Assembly (NCBI RefSeq): GCF_006345805.1
Contig: NC_042998.1
Span: forward strand, 124,620,001-124,684,000
DNA: 64,000 nucleotides
DNA from: Octopus sinensis
Lineage: Eukaryota
Direction of reading: 5' to 3'
Shown: piece by piece, positions 54,500-64,000 of the stretch
Layout: each line of letters begins with the position of its first letter
Position numbering within the stretch: position 1 is the stretch's first letter
The notes under the pieces: model-generated
Told to the model about the DNA's origin: nothing
Seen by the model: only the letters and a program-made list of their open reading frames with translations
Databases searched by the model: none
Position numbers and translations under genes: made by a program

Positions 54500-54783
54500 G
54501 GAATAACTGTGTGGTAAGAAGCTTGCTTCTCAACCACATGGTTCCAGATCCAGTCCCACTGCGTAACATCTTCGGAAAGTGTCTTCTACTATAGCCTCGG
54601 GCCGACCAAAGCCTTGTGAGTGGATTTGGTAGACGGAAACTGAAAGAAGCCCGTCGTATTGAATTGGTACTTATTTTATCGACCTCGAAAGGATGAAAGA
54701 CAAAGTACTGAGAACGTGGAGACGGACGAAATGCCGCTAAACATTTCACCTGGTGTGCTATCGATTCTGCTAGTTCGCCGCCT
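54498..54783. mobile_element. SINE B head (+, 54498-54658) joined to SINE A head (-, 54660-54783)
   Basis: Direct reading. Confidence 0.8.
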
Positions 54784-55138
54784 TAATTTCATTTCTTATA
54801 TTAATTAGTGAAAGATAATCTGTTTGGTTAGAAGTTTCCCAATGACCAATTACTTGTTTATTCCGTTTTAAGAAAATAAAAGCGTATCGATAACTCTCTG
54901 ATGAGTATAAGTTTGGAACTGAATTCTAGTGGAATATCCCAAGCAGTTCCGTTGTGAAATTACCAAATATTTACATCTTCCAATATACATCTAGGAAATA
55001 TATATGCATACGTACATGTCTGTATCTATGCATCTCTCTCTCTATATATATATGCATGTATGTATGTATATATATATATATATATATGCACACACAAACA
55101 CACGCACATATATAAATACGTATATAGGTATATAAACT

Positions 55139-55202
<64 letters not shown>

Positions 55203-55320
55203 ATTCTCATTATTCTGACGAGGTCTGCCATCAAAATATTGAATTTGGCATTGTCCGCAATGGCTGAGTTCCGGTGGATCAGGTATTTTGAGGCCATAGG
55301 TTTTGCATAGTATGAATGAA

Positions 55321-56800
55321 ATCTGGCTAGAAATTGTGAAAAATAAAACCCAAATCCTTCATTCATACTATGCAAAACCTATGGCCTCAAAATACCTGAT
55401 CCACCGGAACTCAGCCATTGCGGACAATGCCAAATTCAATATTTTGATGGCAGACCTCGTCAGAATAATGAGAAATGTGTCACGCATGTGCGAGCCTACA
55501 GAATTAAAGAGACACATACAGTATTTCATTCACCGCATGCAGTTCTCAGGTTACAGCCATAAAGAAAGGATCAGAGTATACAAAGGAGCCATGAAGAAAT
55601 TTGATAATATTATGTAATGATAGGAATGGGATTTGCCCAATCTATAGGAACAAGTCATGGAACACTATAGAAAGGACAAAAAAGAAAATAAGGAAGGCCA
55701 ACTCTTGGTATGATAGCCATAAATACCAGAGTATCATGTTCGTTGACACCACCCCTGGAGGTGAACTGGCGTACCGCTTTAGAAGGACCCTAGATAAACT
55801 TAAACTAAGAATTAAGGTTGTTGAAAAGCCAGGCAACCCTATCAAATCTATAATTGGTAGAACCTATCCTTTTAGTAGAACCCTCTGTACGGATAACTAT
55901 TGCACTGTATGTAGATTTAGCCCACAAACAAACTGTAAAGCCAGAAATGTAGTCTATAGTATAAGATGTATAGAGGGACGATGCAGTAACAAGACAGTAA
56001 CATACGTAGAGGAAACAGCAAGAAGCATAGGAGAGCGGGTGAATGACATTGGAGACAACTCAAGGAAGGTAAAAGCTCATCGATTCTGTACCAACACGCC
56101 GAACAGGAACACGGGGGATCAGTCAATAACATAGAGATTAAGATATTGTCCACACATAGAACAGATGCAACAATTAGACAAATTACAGAAGCTACACATA
56201 TAATAGAAAATAAACCTAGCCTGAATAGAAAACTAGAATGGAGCAATAGCACACACCACAACATATGACGATAGAGGATCCTGAATACATAATAAATACA
56301 CAGATAAATAAACAAATAGAAATGTATAACTATATATATGTATATATATCTATGTATGTATATATATATGTATATGTGTATATGTGTGTGTATGTGTATA
56401 TATATATATTTTTTTTTTTCGATTAGATTTATTATTATTATTACTAATATTGTTGCTATACATACATACAAGCGTATGTACTGATAATAATGGGTGGATG
56501 TAAACACATGAACAAAATTAGAACAAAAGCAACAACAACAAAAACAAAATACAAAATACAAAATACAAAATACAAATTACAAGAATGTATATTACCAGAA
56601 GATACAAATATTACAGGCATCCCCCCCCACACACACACTAAATAAACATAGACGCACATAGATATAAGCATGCGCAAATGAAGACATACAATAGAAATAC
56701 AAAATGGCTGACGGTTAGTAGAGAGAGACACAAATAAGTGAGAAGAAAACAAACGACCACTGATGCGGTCACAGGAGTGTGACGAAAGAACTTTGGCCGA
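55321..56800 (+). mobile_element. 5'-truncated Penelope-like element (RT thumb, Cys-rich linker, GIY-YIG), Naiad/Neptune-like
   Basis: [104 protein letters not shown], stop at 56266-56268. Frameshifts near 55610 and 56047. Confidence 0.9.
56757..56796 (+). ncRNA. Hammerhead-like motif in the PLE 3' region (A9C)
   Basis: CCA-CUGAUGC-G-GUCAC-aggagu-GUGAC-GAAA-GAAC-U-U-UGG. Confidence 0.45.
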
Positions 56801-56917
56801 AATAAGATTAAGATTAATGTAAAAAATAAATATTACTGAAGCAAAAAAACACCAAAAATATATAGTGCGTGTGTTTTATTGGCTAAACTGGCAATATGAC
56901 CATTCCGAAATATAACA

Positions 56918-56950
<33 letters not shown>

Positions 56951-56990
56951 ATATATTATATATAGATATATATATATAATATATTATATA

Positions 56991-57075
<85 letters not shown>

Positions 57076-57218
57076 ATATATATATACAGTGTACATTTAA
57101 ACACATAAGAGGTAACCATCATAGGAAACCTAGCACGCTAGAAGGGATAGCCAAAATCCAAACCACTATTAGGGATAAATTTCGAAGGGAATGAAAAATA
57201 AATACATTTACCATCTAT

Positions 57219-57413
57219 AGTTCTATATTTAAGAGATGAGGAATTATGTACATTATTTACATTATTTACATTCGACGGATATTTGTCCTCATCTTGTTAG
57301 GATCCCGCGTAGTGGTTAAGAGCCCGCGCTCTTAACCAATACGACATATGCCCAATGGCATTAATAATAATGATAACATTAACAATAACAATAACAATAA
57401 CAATAATAATAAC

Positions 57414-57477
<64 letters not shown>

Positions 57478-57645
57478 CAACAACAACTCCATCGGAGAGT
57501 ACCTTAGGAATGAGAACTCAGTTTCGAAATTTCCCCAAGACAATTGAAAAAGGCTGGAGGGTATATCAGCCGAAACGTTGTGTTAACAACAAACAGGATG
57601 AGGCCAAATATACGTCGAATGTAAATAATGTAAACAATGTAAATA
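57219..57645 (+). mobile_element. Non-autonomous PLE-type element: inverted 3'-end copy, tRNA-like fragment, (AAT)n, hammerhead-bearing tail; 13-bp TSD atttaccatctat
   Basis: TSD at 57206-57218 and 57646-57658. 57219-57297 is the reverse complement (about 90%) of the element's own 3' end. Confidence 0.75.
57540..57584 (+). ncRNA. Hammerhead fold, U3-A8-type core, stem I first pair mismatched
   Basis: ACAA-UUGAAAA-A-GGCUG-gaggguauau-CAGCC-GAAA-CG-U-U-GUGU. Confidence 0.5.
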
Positions 57646-58814
57646 ATTTACCATCTATCTCTATATATTTTTTGTACACGCTAGGCCACTGGTAGTAAAG
57701 AATTTCTAAATTTTTTTCTTACCCTGATATTATTAATTATATATATGTACACGCATAAATGCATACATATACACATACACACACACAAACAAACACACAC
57801 ACACACACATACACATATAAATGTATACATATATGTACATACACACACACACACATATAAGTATGCATAAACACACAGACGCACAGAAACACACGCCCTT
57901 ACACACATATACATATACAGTTCATTAAAAATAACGTGACGCGAAATAAAGATAAAAGGATGTTGACGTCCAGGAAAGTTGGAAGAAGTCGTAAACATAT
58001 CGAGCGTACGCATTTTTGACGGAAAAGATAGATAAGGAGAAAAGAAACTAGAGAGAAAAAACAAATGTCTCGCATAAATATACATACAGCATAAACATCT
58101 ATTCTATGAGAAATGCCTCATATATGAGACAAGTGTGAATATTTCTGCATCAGCAAGTCATTTCTGCATAAAGTTGAAGTTATTCTGACCAAACCATATC
58201 AAATACTCTAAAACAAAGTATTAGTTATAGACGAAGGGAAGCTATTATGACCACATTTAATCCTTTTAGATATGTAAACAAAGGAATCATATCGCACTGG
58301 ACAATGGCGTCTGATAACTAAAAGACCAAGAGATTAACTTCATCATCAAATTAAAGGTTGAAAACAAACAGAATGAGTCAAAAGTATAAAGGCATTGTAC
58401 AAAAGAATGAAAGACATTCTTACGCAAATTTGAGAAATCTGAGAGTTATTTAAAAATGAGAAATGATATTTTCACCAATTGTCCTTACTCCGATAAGTTT
58501 AATATATCAAACTGACAATTCTATTAACTTACATTTCCCCTGAATCTTTCAACACCTGTTTTGATTGGATTTTTAATTTTTTGCTTTTTTGCTTTGTCTC
58601 TTCAGTCATTTATCACACTAATAAGACTAGTTTCGTGATAGTAGCCTCAAGCCTCTATACCGAAGTTAACAAGGAAATATATACAAATTCATAGGAATGT
58701 TTATTTTCGGCTTTGTGTTTGTGTACGTATGTGTATAAATGTATGAATATCTGCGTGCGCAAGCGTTTTTGTAAGAGTGCACAAGTCTCTGCAAGGACCA
58801 TTTCAGCGTATATG

Positions 58815-58912
<98 letters not shown>

Positions 58913-59554
58913 TGTGTCTGTGTCTGTGTGTGTGTACATGTCTCCACTTATGTTAGATCGTTTTTATATTAATTGAGTAAATAACTTATATGTTCAGACT
59001 CTGATCGGTGGAGTTGTCTCCACTTCCGCAACGTAAAATTTTTTCTTGCTCGCTTTTCCTTTTGGTGGATCTCATGGCTATGCAGTGGGAAGAATGCAAT
59101 GACTATGCTTTGAAGACTGGAGGCACGCAACCTGACTACTGTAAAAGCAAAATTTGACAATAACTTTTCAGCATGAAACTCGATGTCTTCTTCATATTCC
59201 ACTAATGTACTGCATAAATACCACTTTAATGTGACTTGAGTGCTTTTACTAGTTGAATATTATCCATAAATTAAAAGTACAGGCACGCACGTGTACACAG
59301 ATATATATTCAGTCCTGCATACATATATAGAGATACCTAAATGCAATTCATATATGAGTAATGAATAGGGAGATAAATATGCGTGCGTCTGTGTCTGGGT
59401 GTGCGCGCGTGTGTGATTGTATGTGTATGTGTGTATGTGCGTGAGTATCTGTATACATATACAAATCTTCTACAAAGACGCACATACACATATTTACTGG
59501 ACGTGGTCAAGTAACTCAAACAAGTAAAAGATAACAGATAGATAAGAGAGAGGT

Positions 59555-59557
59555 AGG

Positions 59558-59616
<59 letters not shown>

Positions 59617-59641
59617 GTAGATAGATAGATAGGTAGATAGG

Positions 59642-59701
<60 letters not shown>

Positions 59702-59777
59702 AAGATAGATACATACATACATACATACATACATATAAACATACATACATACATACATACATACATACATACATACA

Positions 59778-59809
<32 letters not shown>

Positions 59810-59830
59810 AACATACATACATATACGTAC
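59555..59830. repeat. (GATA)n(CATA)n microsatellite
   Basis: Direct reading. Confidence 0.95.
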
Positions 59831-60037
59831 GTACGTTTGTTTACATTTAAAAAATTGCTATTTCGAATGGGATAACATAACAGGCAACCAATGCTTAGAA
59901 TTCCATGTAAATCAATGTATATCCCGCTTCCAGTCAAGTATTAAACATTTGATTTCCAGTTTATGTTTGGCATCTTGCACATTCCAATAATTTTTAGAGC
60001 ATATGTGTCTGAGCAGAGTAAAACATGACATTTTCTA

Positions 60038-60070
<33 letters not shown>

Positions 60071-60189
60071 TGTATGTATGTATGTATGTATGTATGTATG
60101 TATGTATGTATGTATGTGTATATTCACATATATATATATATACATACATACTTGCATGTATATATATTTACACATATATACATATATGT

Positions 60190-60368
60190 ATGCATGTATG
60201 TACTCATATATGTATTTTGAATATGCATATAACAGATATTCTAAAATTTCATACAAAGATTATTATTGTTATTACTACACACACATATATGTATGTATAT
60301 ATGTATGTATGTATGTATGTATGCATGTATGTACGTATGTATGTATGTATACGTGTATGTATGTATGT

Positions 60369-60402
<34 letters not shown>

Positions 60403-60606
60403 ATGTTTGTATGTATGTATGTTTATACATATATATATGCATGTATGTACTCATATATGTATTTTGAATATGCATATAACAGCTATTCTAAAATTTCATA
60501 CAAAGATTATTATTGTTATTACTACACACACATATATGTATGTATATATGTATGTATGTATGTATGCATGTATGTACGTATGTATGTATGTATACGTGTA
60601 TGTATG

Positions 60607-60657
<51 letters not shown>

Positions 60658-60675
60658 ATGTTTGTATGTATGTAT
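60190..60675. repeat. Tandem duplication with a unit of about 247 bp
   Basis: tactcatatatgtattttgaatatgcatataacag..caaagattattattgttattactac at 60201 and 60448. Confidence 0.9.
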
Positions 60676-60969
60676 TTATGTCTGTATTTGAGTGGTAATA
60701 ACTAAAATCTACTACAAGTATATCTCTTAGCTGGTGAGACAGTTGCAACTGTCATAAGCAAAAATCAGTTTGATATAACAAAGTAATAAATATATCCGTA
60801 CATTTTACCCAGAGTCTTAAGTGCTAAATCAGGAAATATTTCCCTACGAATATATTTTCTTTATACTTTAGAACTCTTACTTTAATGGTACATAATTGAA
60901 TAAAAAGAGTGATACGGTGAATGACGTATTATCTTTGAGTCCCTCAAAATATATTTTATTTTCCCACAG

Positions 60970-61153
60970 GGTTTAGTCAGGACTGAGGCAAATGGTTGTA
61001 GTTAGGTTAATATAGGAAACTCGGGAAAGTTTTAGCGTATGTTTAATGAACAGATGAATACAAAAATGGCAGCAGGTGATGGTGGACTGCGTGAAGCGGC
61101 AAAGGTGGCGGCGAGGGAGGCCTTTACAAACGCTTGTGTGATGATGATTCATG
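60970..61153 (+). CDS. Candidate spliced exon carrying a start codon (MFNEQMNTKMAAGDGGLREAAKVAAREAFTNACVMMIH), product unknown
   Basis: Strong acceptor ttttattttcccacag|G, strong donor CATG|GTAAGT, in-frame ATGs at 61039, 61054 and 61066 (aaaATGG), locally higher GC. No homology recognised. Confidence 0.3.
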
Positions 61154-61882
61154 GTAAGTGCCTGTAAATACATAAATCAGTTAAAATATTGCTTGCTTCC
61201 ATTTGTTCGGGGTCTGAAATCGTTTGGGGCTTGTTTGTCTTGTTTCATAAGTGATCCTGTACCAAATCCTGATGAAGCCAGCTTGCAACGAAAGACGTTC
61301 CAGCAATGACCATCCCTTATTTTTTCAAACTTTATGTACGTGAACGACGATCCCTTATTTTTCAAGCTTAATGCATGTGAACAAAGCTCGAGTTAAGTGA
61401 ACTATGGGATAGGTTATTTGTTGATGTTCAATACTGTGAGAAAGGGAAAGGAATGGACCTAATCGTAATGGTTGACAGGCTATCTTACAACAATCACTCG
61501 ACAACCCACAAGTGGTTGTCGAGTGATTATTATGAGACAGAAGAGGACGATCTATTTGTAGAGAAATAAACGCAAGAGCTGAAAAATCGTCAGCATGCAA
61601 ACAGGTACAGACACACATGCAGGCTTATGCATACATCCCTGAGGACGCACACCACAGCTGATACACATATATATGTTGGAAAACAGAGGTTCTTGTGGGG
61701 GCGAGAGTTACGTAGTTAAAGAAGTTAAACCAAAGAAAAGAATATATGTGGGTAAATGTGTGCATGTGCGCTGCAAGCTAAAAGTAGAAGAAATGAAAAA
61801 TATTATTATTATATAGAGTAAGAGGCGGAAAATAAAGAAAATAGAAGGAAAAATAAGGCATGAAGATATTCATAGAGGTTCA

Positions 61883-62137
61883 TAGAATTCAATAAAAGTG
61901 AAGCTACTTTCTCGAGTCATGCTGACTCATAAGGTCCGGTTTCCCGGTTTCCATGGTGTATAATTTCCCACCTGGACGAGACGCCTATCCGTCACAGAAT
62001 TAATCACTTTTGCCAGGTCAGTGGACTTAAGTAACGTGAAATAAAGTGTTTTCCCCAAGAACACAATGCATCGCCCGGTCCAGGAATCGAAACCACAATC
62101 TGCCGATCCTGAGTCCGACACTCTAACCACGAAGCCA
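61883..62137 (-). mobile_element. tRNA-derived SINE with CORE/V-like central part and RTE-like tail
   Basis: Head gtggttagagtgtcggactcaggatcggcagattgtggtttcgattcc. The tail ccttatgagtcagcatgactcgag resembles the tails of RTE-dependent SINEs. Confidence 0.8.
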
Positions 62138-62413
62138 CAACAGAGGGGTACAACAGTTTGAGAAGAATAGATGTAGCATCAATATACACGAGTGTGCGCG
62201 TGTGCGCGCGCGCGTGTGTGTGCTCCTATACACAAGACGATCGCTCGTATTGTTGTCATAGACGTTAACTATTCTGTTCAGACCGCTCAGCAAAATGTCT
62301 TGTATTCTTATAGTTGTTTCAGGCACTCCGAGAATTGTATTTATAGTGGCAATGCTGAACGAAAATGCACATGGTAAGATGGGTAAATGGTTTACGTCAT
62401 GTAATATATGTGA

Positions 62414-63077
<664 letters not shown>

Positions 63078-63119
63078 TTAATTAAATTAATATTCAATTC
63101 ATCTCCCTCGTTATTTATA

Positions 63120-63189
<70 letters not shown>

Positions 63190-63483
63190 TGCAAGGTCTG
63201 AAGCGATCGATATTCTTACTTGTGATTTTTAATGACAAAAGGTACGCTAATCTATTTTTGCCCATTTCCTCGCATTCACCAGTGTATATGGAGTGATTTA
63301 GGTGGTTTACAGTCGTTTTGACTTCTATTTCTAGCATGCTGGTACTTTTTCCAGTACCCTTCATTATAATTATATATTAAGCTAATGGGGTCGATTCATT
63401 CGAATAAAATTCCTCTAGGCGGTGCCCCAGTATATCCGCAACCTAATGATTAATACAAGTAAAAAAGAAATTTTATACATACG

Positions 63484-63642
63484 TAGGCACAGGAGTGGCT
63501 GTGTGGTAAGAAGCTTGCTTCCTCACCTCACGGTTCTGGGTTCAGTCCCACTGCGTGGCACCTTCGGCAAGTGTCTTCTACTATAGCCTCGGGTCGACCA
63601 AAGCCATGAGTGGATCTGGAGGGCGGAAACTGAAAGTCCATC

Positions 63643-63686
<44 letters not shown>

Positions 63687-63796
63687 CGACCCCGAAAGGA
63701 TGAAAGGCAAAGTCGACTTCGTCGGAATTTGAACTCAGAACGTAACGGCAGACGAAATACGGCTACGCATTTCGCCCACGTGCTAACGTTTCTGCC
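63484..63796. mobile_element. SINE B head (+, 63484-63645), (AT)n, then SINE A head (-, 63683-63796)
   Basis: Direct reading. Confidence 0.85.
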
Positions 63797-63801
63797 GGTC
63801 A

Positions 63802-63901
<100 letters not shown>

Positions 63902-63913
63902 ATAATATACATA

Positions 63914-63953
<40 letters not shown>

Positions 63954-63957
63954 TGAC

Positions 63958-64000
63958 CGGCGGTGAGCTGGCAGAAACGTTAGCACGTCGGGCGAAATGC
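63958..64000 (+). mobile_element. SINE A head, an inverted duplicate of 63767-63804
   Basis: ggcggtgagctggcagaaacgttagcacgtcgggcgaaatgc. Confidence 0.85.

Noticed and set aside
55600-56050. Possible selenocysteine recoding in the PLE
   Set aside because: All conserved Cys codons are TGT/TGC, and the breaks are frameshifts rather than in-frame TGA.
58969-59214. Minus-strand 77+ codon ORF containing IVIAFFPLHSHE, reminiscent of the anoctamin FPLH motif
   Set aside because: Downstream residues do not follow the anoctamin QP...IR.YFGE pattern and no other matching exons were found. It remains an unproven possible exon.

Overview
This is AT-rich eukaryotic DNA saturated with microsatellites and transposons. 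The SINE families and compound microsatellites point to an octopod cephalopod (Octopus-like); that assignment is inferred from remembered repeat families, not from a search. I recognise no host protein-coding gene. Almost all ORFs in the track are translated microsatellites, and only weak candidate exons are reported. Identifiable content: R4/Dong-clade, L1/Tx1-clade, CR1 and RTE non-LTR retrotransposon remnants (partly nested, with TSDs); at least three Penelope-like element (PLE) remnants; a near-complete IR/DR Tc1 (DD34E) transposon; decayed mariner and maT-like elements; fold-back MITEs; and about 20 tRNA-derived SINE pieces from three families. Three patterns stand out. (1) At least seven minimal type I hammerhead ribozyme folds with palindromic stem III. 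One is fully canonical and sits in a 473-bp terminally repeated, retrozyme-like unit (62538-63077). Three carry compensatory 3:8 core variants (G3-C8, U3-A8). (2) The commonest SINE shares its 3' tail (33/41 identical, ungapped) with a Tx1-type LINE that sits in (GATA)n arrays. The SINE appears to contain its own target site, producing head-less tandem dimers. (3) Repeated (AT)n-associated inverted duplications. All alignments and folds were done by eye, and many element boundaries are approximate.
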